From: a virus
Taxonomy: Duplodnaviria > Caudoviricetes
DNA length: 26,979 bases
Reading direction: 5' to 3' (one strand)
IMG/VR virus record: IMGVR_UViG_3300043447_000256
Location: 1 to 26,979 of that record
The notes under the pieces are model-generated. The model was given only the letters and a program-made list of their open reading frames with translations, had not been told where the DNA came from and ran no database searches. Every line of letters begins with the position of its first letter. The stretch's first letter is position 1. This document shows, piece after piece, positions 1-8,423 of the stretch. The translations under genes were made by a program, and so were the position numbers.

Positions 1-7
1 TTTTAGA

Positions 8-2863
8 TTAGATATTGTCAAATGAAGCTCCTGTTGGAGTAATTACGAATTCAACATCAATAAATTCAAGAGAACGAGTTGGTTTGATGTAAATCTTACC
101 TCTCAATGTGTTTGCGTCGATGTCCTCTGGGTCGTTAGACACACTTACACGGAAATCGTACAAACCTCTTTCTTTCTTAATTGATTCCAAGATTGGATTA
201 ACTAATCTCAAGAATTCTTGTCTTACCTGATCATCGTTTTGTTCAAACAATAATCTAACAGCAACTGCAGATATTAATTTTCTCGCTCTTAATAATAATC
301 TTCTTACGTTGATTCTATCCAAAGCAGATTCTTTAATTTGAAGTGTTTTATTACCCCAAATAATTGTACCTGTATCTGAGAAAGTTGCGATTGGGTTAAC
401 TCTTGCTTTGTATAGGTCATCTCTTTCATCTAATGTTAATTTCTTAGACGCTTTGATTGCGTTTACAATACCTCTTGAGTAACCAGCGACTGCGAACCAA
501 GGATAAGAAATATTGTCAGTTAATGCAATATTCTTTAATACTTCACCTGTTGGTGGAACGTATAATTGAGTTGCATTATCAGTATCTCTAATTTGAATCC
601 AAGGCCAATATGTTGCTGAATAGTTAGAATCGAAAGCTAAATCATCCATAGCATTTGCTACTTCGGTTGCTGAATTTAAAACATCAGGACCTGGTGCATT
701 AATGATATAAATTGAATCCGCTCTTTCGTTTTCAACCATATCAATTGCAGCAGCAACTAATGATTCATGATTGTACCAGTTAATACCTGCAGTTGAGAAT
801 ACGTTAATATCAACAGCTTCAGGATTTCTGAATGTTTCAATACCTTCTAAATAAGAATAGTAGTCAGAGTTTCCGGCTGCAGTACTAAACACACCACCAT
901 TTGACGTGTTACCTGAAATGTAGGTACTTTTACCATAAATGTATTCACCACCATAGGTTCTTACTTTTCTGTAAATGTCCCAACCATCGAATCCACCACC
1001 TAACGCAAATGTGAATTTACGGAAGTTAATATTGGTTAATTTATTTGAATTTGTTCCTGTTTGACCTTCTAAATCATACGGTGTTGTTTGATAAATTTGC
1101 GTTCCTCCTGTTGTTACAATACTAGCTGCGTTTGTTGACAAGTGGAAACCGTAAGTTGATCCATTAGCTTCAGAACCTTTATATTTCAACAAGTCTGAAT
1201 CATATGAAGAACCTTCTTGTGTTGAAAAACCTAAAGTTACTTTTTTAACTTTATCACCACCTGATAATATTTCAGTACCATCTGCTTCATAATACATAAC
1301 ATCTCCTGAATTGAAGTATTGTGTCTTATAAATTACATTTCCTAATTTAGAACTACCGAACGCTGAATTCGCAACAAATCCTTTGAATCCCGCAGGGAAA
1401 GCATTAGCCGGTGCATTTTCTGACATGTTTAACATGATGTACTTTGAGTTCAAAGAATATTGACCATCAGATGTACCAACTTTTCTTGCCACATAACCCG
1501 CAACGTCAGGGTTCATTGAACATCTTGAGAATTTCTCAATAACAACTTGATTATCGTCAGTATCGTAAAAATCACGAACTAAAATATCAAATTCACCTGT
1601 TTCAATGTTAATGTTTGAAATTGTCACTTTTACTTCGGTATTTGCAGATTCACCATCTGAAATTGTAATAACTTCAAATAAATCATCTACTTTATTACCA
1701 CGTACTTCAGAAACAACCATCGGAGATATTGGAGTATCCCACTCTCTTAAGAAATTATCACCTTCACTATTTGTAACTAATGATAAACTTAAACCTCTAA
1801 CATAACCTTTTTCAAATGCAGATTTTAAGAAATTAGGATATTGTTCGTAAACATAAATTGGGAAATCAGTATGATTCTTATCATAAACTTCAGCACCCAA
1901 TACTTTTGTAATGTATTTTTTAGATGTTAAATCTAAAGAACAATCAAATGTTTTAGCACCACCCGTTAATCCAGTTACACTTAATGTGAACTCAGCTAAT
2001 GGGTTATTTTGTAGTTCAACACTATCGATTGCAACTTTATTTGCCGCTTCAACTTCTATATTTAATGTTTGACCTGAGTAAATACCTCTACTTCTTAATG
2101 CTGCAACAATGTAGTTATCATAGTCAGTATTTTTTGTTGCGGTGTACACATATTTTGTAACATCGAAAACTGTAGTACCACTGTTATACTCAAATAAGTA
2201 ACCGTAAATACTATTTGTACCGTTTGTTAATGAGTTATACCACTCTTTACCATTAGTATTTTCAGCACTATATTTTCCTGTTAAAGGAGAAACTTTTTCA
2301 GTTCCTGATGGATTTGGGTCATCAATCAGACCTAATACGAACCAATCTCCGTCGTTTGATGATGTATTACCACTAAACTTAGTTTCGATATATTCGGTAA
2401 TGGTTGTACCATCTACAGATGTTTTACCTGATAATTCAGCATATAAACTACTTGAAGATACATCTGTTGGGTCCATCGTAGTACCAGTTGAACTTGTTGA
2501 TGTTGAACTTGATAATTCCATACCACCGATGGTTTTAATACCATAAGTCGTACCTGGCTTATAACCAGTTTTCCCAAGAATTCTTGTTACGAATAATTGA
2601 TTTGATTCTTGTAAATAAGATTTTGCTAGATAAGGTAACTCGTATTTCGGTTGACCGTTTCCGTCTTTTTCAGGTGAAGTCGTTCCGAAGTAAGTTCTAT
2701 ACTCGTCGAAATTTGAAACTAATATCGGTTCAAATGCCGGTCCTTTCAACGTCTCACCAACTAAACCTAAAGTTGTAACCCCCACGCTTTGGGCTACGAA
2801 TGTAAGATCCTTCTCTGATGTGTAAACACCCGGAGACACGAATACTCTGTTTGAATTTGCCAT
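8..2863 (-). CDS. Phage contractile tail sheath protein (T4 gp18-like)
   Basis: 951-aa ORF. N-terminal SPGVYTSEKD and C-terminal YWPW...PP...WFAVAGYSRG...RVNPI...WGNKTLQ...RINVRRLLL...LFEQND...IKPTRSLEFI are typical sheath motifs. Confidence 0.95.
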   Translation of the reverse strand: MANSNRVFVSPGVYTSEKDLTFVAQSVGVTTLGLVGETLKGPAFEPILVSNFDEYRTYFGTTSPEKDGNGQPKYELPYLAKSYLQESNQLFVTRILGKTGYKPGTTYGIKTIGGMELSSSTSTSSTGTTMDPTDVSSSSLYAELSGKTSVDGTTITEYIETKFSGNTSSNDGDWFVLGLIDDPNPSGTEKVSPLTGKYSAENTNGKEWYNSLTNGTNSIYGYLFEYNSGTTVFDVTKYVYTATKNTDYDNYIVAALRSRGIYSGQTLNIEVEAANKVAIDSVELQNNPLAEFTLSVTGLTGGAKTFDCSLDLTSKKYITKVLGAEVYDKNHTDFPIYVYEQYPNFLKSAFEKGYVRGLSLSLVTNSEGDNFLREWDTPISPMVVSEVRGNKVDDLFEVITISDGESANTEVKVTISNINIETGEFDILVRDFYDTDDNQVVIEKFSRCSMNPDVAGYVARKVGTSDGQYSLNSKYIMLNMSENAPANAFPAGFKGFVANSAFGSSKLGNVIYKTQYFNSGDVMYYEADGTEILSGGDKVKKVTLGFSTQEGSSYDSDLLKYKGSEANGSTYGFHLSTNAASIVTTGGTQIYQTTPYDLEGQTGTNSNKLTNINFRKFTFALGGGFDGWDIYRKVRTYGGEYIYGKSTYISGNTSNGGVFSTAAGNSDYYSYLEGIETFRNPEAVDINVFSTAGINWYNHESLVAAAIDMVENERADSIYIINAPGPDVLNSATEVANAMDDLAFDSNYSATYWPWIQIRDTDNATQLYVPPTGEVLKNIALTDNISYPWFAVAGYSRGIVNAIKASKKLTLDERDDLYKARVNPIATFSDTGTIIWGNKTLQIKESALDRINVRRLLLRARKLISAVAVRLLFEQNDDQVRQEFLRLVNPILESIKKERGLYDFRVSVSNDPEDIDANTLRGKIYIKPTRSLEFIDVEFVITPTGASFDNI

Positions 2864-2899
2864 TGATAAATGTTTGGTTAATTTTTTTTATTACTTACA

Positions 2900-2906
2900 A
2901 TAAATA
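2900..2906 (-). promoter_or_regulatory. TATTTAT motif (putative phage promoter) upstream of the sheath gene
   Basis: GATATTTATT on the minus strand, 36 nt before the sheath ATG; the same motif recurs before many genes in the window. Confidence 0.55.
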
Positions 2907-2956
2907 TCTTTGTTTTTATCAAAGATTTCCGTACTTTTTTCAAAAAAGATAGTTAT

Positions 2957-2986
2957 TTATCTTTTATTATCCTTTTTTATCCTTAA
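2957..2986 (+). repeat. Three tandem 10-bp units TTATC(C/T)TT-N2, candidate operator
   Basis: TTATCTTTTA / TTATCCTTTT / TTATCCTTAA directly before the ATG at 2989. Confidence 0.45.
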
Positions 2987-2988
2987 CA

Positions 2989-3147
2989 ATGGAAAACAAA
3001 ACCAAAAACGTAAAAATCAGTGAAAAACATCACGAAATGTTAAAAGTCCATTGTGAGAAAAATGGTCTTAAAATTTACAAGGTGTTAGAAAAATTCATAG
3101 AAGACTTCTGTAAACCCAAAAAGAAAGATATGTATGGTGACGATTAG
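2989..3147 (+). CDS. Small ribbon-helix-helix DNA-binding protein (not in ORF track)
   Basis: Translated by hand: MENKTKNVKISEKHHEMLKVHCEKNGLKIYKVLEKFIEDFCKPKKKDMYGDD* (52 aa). It has an alternating beta-strand (KNVKIS), a helix, a Gly turn and a second helix, as in Arc/CopG/ParG-type RHH proteins. Confidence 0.75.
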   Translation: MENKTKNVKISEKHHEMLKVHCEKNGLKIYKVLEKFIEDFCKPKKKDMYGDD

Positions 3148-3662
3148 AAGAAATAACTAACACTAATAGTCGAACCTAAAACAGGAGCATACAGATATTC
3201 AATTTGTTTATCTGTAGATATCACAAACCCACCGTCATCACCATCCTCAAGATGTTCTTCTTCCGCCAAACCATTTGTTTCTACTGTCATTAAACTATTA
3301 ATAGACTGAGATAAATTAAAAACTGTGGAACCCGTATAAGTAAATTCTTCTCTTATAAATTGAATTAACTTACCCGTATTATCTAACATAACACTATTAA
3401 TTCCTTTGTAATAATTTATTGTCACAACTGAATTAGGGTAAAGACTTTGTAAAAATGTAATTTTAGAAGTGTAGTTTGTGTGAGAAAAATTTAAATTTCT
3501 AATTTGTGAAATACCGTTAATTGAAACTGAAAACAATGTTCCTATATTTTCACCGACACTAAATTGGGTGTCTCCTTCCTTTACTATAAAGGAGGTATTA
3601 ATAATATTAACCGCTCTGTTTATTGGGTTAATCGATGTGTCACCTTTTATAAATTCGTACAT
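3144..3662 (-). CDS. Virion-associated beta-rich repeat protein, paralog of the C-terminal part of the gp15-like gene
   Basis: 172 aa. Shares FSVGE.IGTLF, YTSKI.F, YYKG, QFIREEF.YTG and TVE.NGLAE with the adjacent gene. Confidence 0.8.
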   Translation of the reverse strand: MYEFIKGDTSINPINRAVNIINTSFIVKEGDTQFSVGENIGTLFSVSINGISQIRNLNFSHTNYTSKITFLQSLYPNSVVTINYYKGINSVMLDNTGKLIQFIREEFTYTGSTVFNLSQSINSLMTVETNGLAEEEHLEDGDDGGFVISTDKQIEYLYAPVLGSTISVSYFF

Positions 3663-3675
3663 AGTATATTAATGT

Positions 3676-4974
3676 TTAATACAAATAACCTATCGAAACC
3701 TTGGAATCCATTGCGGGAATACCTAATAATTTTATGGTTCTTATGTTAACATCATTATCAACCGCCTCATAAACTTCATATCCGATGTTCTCTTGTTCTG
3801 CCAAACCATTAATCTCAACAGTGATTATTTCAGTAAATTCATAATTCAATATGTAATATGGATTTCCGTCTAAACCTGTTGGTTCGTCTCCTGTGTAATG
3901 GAACTCTTCTCTAATGAATTGTAAAACTTTACCATTATCACCAGCGATTTTATTACTCTTACCCTTATAATATAAAATTGTGATAGTATCACCCTCCGCA
4001 GGGAATGTTGGTTGACCCGGCGTTTGTATAAACTCAATCTTAGATGTATACGCCACGTGTAAAAAATTCACATCTTTGGTTTGAACCTCACCATTCACTA
4101 AAACTTCAAATAACGTACCTATACTTTCACCCACACTAAAAACAGTTTGAGAACCATCACCCATAATTGAAGCCTTTTGAACAACAGTATCTTTGTTGAA
4201 TACTTTTTTCTTCTTGTATTTGTTGTCTGTTATAAATTCAAACATAGTAAACAACCTACTAATTGCGGGTTTTACCTCAAATTCATCGTTGTCAATTAAA
4301 TAACCCAACATAGTAAATGAATAGGTTTGCATATAAAATCTTCTACCGTCCAAAGTGTCCATTGGGGTATTATCTTCTACCTTATCCAAAACAATTGGTA
4401 TGTAATGACCTTTAATTGTTGTGTAATCTTGTCTTGACGCAAAATTTTGTAAAACCTTTCTATTGAATTTGTTGATATCTCTAAATTTGTTACAAACAAT
4501 AGTAACATCATAAGAAATATCCACAGGTATTGGTTGTGGAATTGTATAAATGTCAGCACCTAAACTCGTTCCGTTCCATGTAGGGACCGATGCGTAGTAT
4601 ATTTGATGTCTATCAGGTATTGTTCTTTGGACTGACGGATTTGTTCCTAATTGAACTTCAGGTTTTCTAATGATTGCAACAAACGGTAATTCCATATTAC
4701 CATCTTTATCTGAAAACTCCCAATTATTAGCAAACTCACCCCATCTTTGTACCGTTAATATCTTATTAACAACTGGTATTTTAATACCGTCAGATTCAAC
4801 AACGAATGTTTCACTAACATAGTCTAACATACCCTTATCTAAATCATCATGTAAAACAGAATCGGGTAAAAACGAATCCGACTTAGTTATTTTATCTAAT
4901 AACTCCTGTCTTCTTTTCGTTAATTCAGTACCCTTGTAGACTGATAAATTTGTTTTCCTTTTTGGTAATGGCAT
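3676..4974 (-). CDS. Tail completion / sheath stabilizer protein (T4 gp15-like) with C-terminal extension
   Basis: PIPVDISYDVTI...YIPIVLD...RRFYMQTYSFTMLGYL resembles the gp15 family, and it sits between the neck gene and the sheath gene. Start moved to the ATG at 4974 (MPLPKRK), just after the stop of the upstream gene. Confidence 0.65.
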   Translation of the reverse strand: MPLPKRKTNLSVYKGTELTKRRQELLDKITKSDSFLPDSVLHDDLDKGMLDYVSETFVVESDGIKIPVVNKILTVQRWGEFANNWEFSDKDGNMELPFVAIIRKPEVQLGTNPSVQRTIPDRHQIYYASVPTWNGTSLGADIYTIPQPIPVDISYDVTIVCNKFRDINKFNRKVLQNFASRQDYTTIKGHYIPIVLDKVEDNTPMDTLDGRRFYMQTYSFTMLGYLIDNDEFEVKPAISRLFTMFEFITDNKYKKKKVFNKDTVVQKASIMGDGSQTVFSVGESIGTLFEVLVNGEVQTKDVNFLHVAYTSKIEFIQTPGQPTFPAEGDTITILYYKGKSNKIAGDNGKVLQFIREEFHYTGDEPTGLDGNPYYILNYEFTEIITVEINGLAEQENIGYEVYEAVDNDVNIRTIKLLGIPAMDSKVSIGYLY

Positions 4975-4975
4975 G

Positions 4976-5488
4976 TTATACTCCTCTAAATGTTTTGTCT
5001 TGTACCGGAGCACAAGTTATAGTTCTGTAATGAGGTTTGAATCCCCACATATTGTGTTTATTGTCAGATGTAACCTTACCGTCGTTAGTTACTGTATAGA
5101 AACGTGTTCTTGTTTCTGATTCAGGGTAACCAATGTAGTCACCGTATTTAATATCCACACCTAATTCATTAAGATGATTGATATAAACCGATAAAACCAT
5201 ATTACCAGGCTCATTATATCTTAATAAACCACCTTTATATGATGAATTCTTAGGTTCATCAATTTTAACCAACGCATTAAACTCAATAGGTGGGAAATAT
5301 TTTATCTCATCCAACCCAACTTCAGCATATACGTCGTCTATACCTGTTTTCTCTCTATCAACACGATATAGGACCAATTTAAAGTTAATATCCCCGTGAA
5401 GATATTCTTGTCCCATTTGAATATTGATGTCAAAATCGTCTTGAGATATGAATTTTGATAATCTTGTGATTGGTAATTTATTGTCCAT
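4976..5488 (-). CDS. Neck / head-closure protein (T4 gp14-like)
   Basis: 170 aa. VLYRVD...DDVYAE...PPIEFNALV...IKYGDYI fits head-closure proteins, and it lies directly upstream of the gp15-like gene. Confidence 0.55.
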   Translation of the reverse strand: MDNKLPITRLSKFISQDDFDINIQMGQEYLHGDINFKLVLYRVDREKTGIDDVYAEVGLDEIKYFPPIEFNALVKIDEPKNSSYKGGLLRYNEPGNMVLSVYINHLNELGVDIKYGDYIGYPESETRTRFYTVTNDGKVTSDNKHNMWGFKPHYRTITCAPVQDKTFRGV

Positions 5489-5494
5489 ACCCTA

Positions 5495-5532
5495 ATAAAT
5501 AGTTTAATCTTCCATTCTATTTATGTATATTT
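5495..5532. promoter_or_regulatory. Divergent promoter region between the neck gene and the helicase
   Basis: TATTTAT on the minus strand (5495-5501) and plus strand (5518-5524); also TTTA-N19-TATATTTT on the plus strand. Confidence 0.5.
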
Positions 5533-5538
5533 TAAAAG

Positions 5539-7290
5539 ATGTCAAAAATGATTCCTGAAATAGAAGCGAGAGAAGTGCTTTCAACATACGAAGGTTCCAA
5601 TAACCAATTATTGGAATGGAAGAGAAAATTTGTGGAAGTTAAAAATTTTAAATTAACGAGACCACAATCGGAATATGTTTTAAAGTATAAAGATGTAACA
5701 CCAAAAGTTGCGAGAAAATATATTAATATAGTATCAACCTTTGGTGAGAAAATTATGGAAGATAGATTACTTCCAAAACCACCTGAAAAGATATGGTGTG
5801 AAAAATTATTGTGCGATTCCGAAAAGGCGTTCCATATATGGGGTAAAGTATTGGATAGTGACCAATTAACAGCAATGTGGTTACCTAAAGCCGCAATTGT
5901 CCAAGAAGAAAAGAAATTAGACAGAGTAATTGATTATTCAAAATACGATAGTCGACCCCCAATGGAACACCAAAAAGTTGCAATTGAAAAATTACTTGCA
6001 AATGACAAATTCATATTGGCAGATGATATGGGTCTTGGTAAAACAACATCTGCGGTAATCGCATCGTTAGAAAGTGGTGCCAAGAAAGTACTTATAGTAT
6101 GTCCCGCATCTTTAAAGATAAATTGGGACAGAGAAATAAAGAATTATTCAGACCGCAAAGTTTTAATCGTTGAGGGTCGTAAATGGGGATCAACATTTGA
6201 CTACTATATTATTAATTATGATATTATTAAGAACTACCACACCACAGACAAGAGTGAGGATAGTGACGATTATAAATTATTGGTTAATGCCGGTTTTGAC
6301 TTGGCAATCGTAGATGAAGCACACTACATCTCAAATTCAACAGCCAACAGAACACGTTTATTAAATGATGTGTTAGAAAAAATACCAAAGGTATGGTTGT
6401 TGACAGGTACTCCGATGACTTCAAGACCAATAAACTATTTCAATTTATTAAAGATTGTTGACTCACCTTTAACATTGAATTGGCAATCCTACGTTCGTAG
6501 ATATTGTAAAGGTTACCAATTTACAGTTGGTAATAGAAAAGTTTGGAATACAAGTGGTGCAAGTAATTTAGATGAACTTCGTGAAAGAACTAAATCATAT
6601 GTTCTTCGTAGAATGAAAACTGATATTCTTGATTTACCTGAAAAGATTGTGACACCAATCTTTGTTGAAATGAATAGTAAAATGTACGAAGAGGAAATGG
6701 ATGACTTTACTCGTATTAGTAGTGACAACAAAGATAAAGAAACATTAACTGTAACATTAAATCGATTAATGAGAGTACGACAGTTGATTGCCTACGAGAA
6801 GATTCCATATACTTGTGAAATTATTGATAGATGTTTAGAACAAGGTAAGAAGGTAATTGTGTTAACTAACTTTACCATGACATTAGATATGTTACACGAA
6901 AAGTATAAAAAGAATTCTGTAACACTTGATGGACGTATGCACAAAGATAAACGTCAAGAAAATGTCGATAGATTTCAAACCGACGATAAAATTAAAGTAT
7001 TCATCGGTAATATCAAAGCTGCGGGTGTTGGTATTACATTAACCGCTGCGGAAGTTGTTATTATGAATGACTTATCATTTGTCCCTGCTGACCACTCACA
7101 AGGTGAAGATCGAGCATATAGATACGGACAAAAAAATAGTGTTCTCGTATACTATCCTGTATTTGAGAACACCGTTGAAAAAGTTATTTATAATATTCTT
7201 CAGAAGAAGAAAGGAATTATCGACCAAGTTATGGGGGATGGTGAATATTCTGAATCCTTTAGTAGAGATTTACTTAAGAGTCTCTTTTAA
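5539..7290 (+). CDS. SNF2-family (SMARCAL1/HARP-like) helicase/translocase
   Basis: Motifs ADDMGLGKT, VCPASL, DEAH, LTGTP, LRRMK, AAGVGITLT, QGEDRAYRYGQ. Confidence 0.93.
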   Translation: MSKMIPEIEAREVLSTYEGSNNQLLEWKRKFVEVKNFKLTRPQSEYVLKYKDVTPKVARKYINIVSTFGEKIMEDRLLPKPPEKIWCEKLLCDSEKAFHIWGKVLDSDQLTAMWLPKAAIVQEEKKLDRVIDYSKYDSRPPMEHQKVAIEKLLANDKFILADDMGLGKTTSAVIASLESGAKKVLIVCPASLKINWDREIKNYSDRKVLIVEGRKWGSTFDYYIINYDIIKNYHTTDKSEDSDDYKLLVNAGFDLAIVDEAHYISNSTANRTRLLNDVLEKIPKVWLLTGTPMTSRPINYFNLLKIVDSPLTLNWQSYVRRYCKGYQFTVGNRKVWNTSGASNLDELRERTKSYVLRRMKTDILDLPEKIVTPIFVEMNSKMYEEEMDDFTRISSDNKDKETLTVTLNRLMRVRQLIAYEKIPYTCEIIDRCLEQGKKVIVLTNFTMTLDMLHEKYKKNSVTLDGRMHKDKRQENVDRFQTDDKIKVFIGNIKAAGVGITLTAAEVVIMNDLSFVPADHSQGEDRAYRYGQKNSVLVYYPVFENTVEKVIYNILQKKKGIIDQVMGDGEYSESFSRDLLKSLF

Positions 7291-7473
7291 CTCTTCAATT
7301 TTTTTATCTAATAAATTATTAAATTCTTTATCCTCATCATCAGGTATGTTGATAAAGAATTTTTTTTCATCTTTATTAAATTCTACGTTATTTGTTTCTC
7401 CCTCTTTGGTAATTTTAAATTCTATGTCGTTTATTCCACATAGTTGAACCAATTCATTTAATTTATTTGACAT
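7270..7473 (-). CDS. Small acidic hypothetical protein
   Basis: 67-aa ORF whose start overlaps the end of the upstream gene; it fills the gap to the helicase stop. Confidence 0.6.
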   Translation of the reverse strand: MSNKLNELVQLCGINDIEFKITKEGETNNVEFNKDEKKFFINIPDDEDKEFNNLLDKKIEELKETLK

Positions 7474-8383
7474 AGCTAATTTTTTTATCCAACAAGCTAG
7501 ACGGAAATCCCATCCCTTGATTATTATAATTTCTAATTATTTTTAATTTATCGTTTCTAAACATTAAAATTTCAGAGTCGTCACTTCTTACAAAAACAAA
7601 TTTATCACATTTTGAAGTTTCCGAAATTGCAACATCAATTATATATAAATCATCATTAGAGTCATCAATATTTTTTACACTTTTGACATTAATTGTTGTT
7701 TTTTTAACTTTTCTTGTTACCCAATAATCAACCCCCTGTTTTCTATCATTATAATCGCCTCGACCTTTTGTTTTTTCATATGAAACTATATCATCAAAAA
7801 ATTCATCAATGTGTAATTCAAAAAAATCTTCAGCTTCTTTTCCTCTTTTAGAAGTTTTTTCCATCACACTTAATAATCTTTTACATACTTCACTTTCAGG
7901 GTGAAATATCGAATCTTTAAAATAGTAAGTTAAAACCAATAATTTTTTAATTTTTTCTTTTGTTGATTTGATGTCTTTTATAGAATTTTCATCGAATCGA
8001 AAATCCTCATAAATACTAAACTCAACTCCGTATATTGTTAACTTATCGACTTTATTTAATCTACAATAATCAATGAAAAATTTATGAGTATTGTCTAATA
8101 TAATCATCCAACCACTATAATTAGTGTCACCATAATTAATTATATTCCAATCATTTTCAATTACTACACCTTCATCTCTAATACCTTCAGTATCGGGATT
8201 TTGTAACCATAACCCTAAAGGTTTATATGTTTTTTCAAGTATTGTCCAAATTATACTCGAAATGTGATTACATATTTCTTTTGTATTATAGAAATCCTTC
8301 GCAACTCTATAAGGTAAAATAATTTGATACAATGGGTCTCTTTTTAATGATGATAATTTTTCCCTTAATTCCAATTCGTTCAT
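7463..8383 (-). CDS. Hypothetical protein with a putative C-terminal PD-(D/E)XK-like nuclease domain
   Basis: GKEAEDFF...DRKQGVDYWV...TINVKS resembles the E...D...(D/E/Q)xK arrangement. Start placed at the ATG at 8383, downstream of a promoter match. Confidence 0.5.
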   Translation of the reverse strand: MNELELREKLSSLKRDPLYQIILPYRVAKDFYNTKEICNHISSIIWTILEKTYKPLGLWLQNPDTEGIRDEGVVIENDWNIINYGDTNYSGWMIILDNTHKFFIDYCRLNKVDKLTIYGVEFSIYEDFRFDENSIKDIKSTKEKIKKLLVLTYYFKDSIFHPESEVCKRLLSVMEKTSKRGKEAEDFFELHIDEFFDDIVSYEKTKGRGDYNDRKQGVDYWVTRKVKKTTINVKSVKNIDDSNDDLYIIDVAISETSKCDKFVFVRSDDSEILMFRNDKLKIIRNYNNQGMGFPSSLLDKKISYVK

Positions 8384-8389
8384 AATACT

Positions 8390-8420
8390 CAAATATACGA
8401 TATTTATAGAAATATACAAA
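8390..8420 (-). promoter_or_regulatory. Bacteroidota-type housekeeping promoter (-33 TTTG, -7 TAnnTTTG)
   Basis: The minus strand reads TTTG-(19 nt)-TATATTTG, ending 6 nt before the ATG at 8383. Confidence 0.6.
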
Positions 8421-8423
8421 ATT

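Noticed and set aside
3144-4249. Diversity-generating retroelement or invertible shufflon as the explanation for the duplicated module
   Set aside because: The copies are in direct orientation and broadly diverged rather than differing only at adenines; no reverse transcriptase or invertase is in the window.
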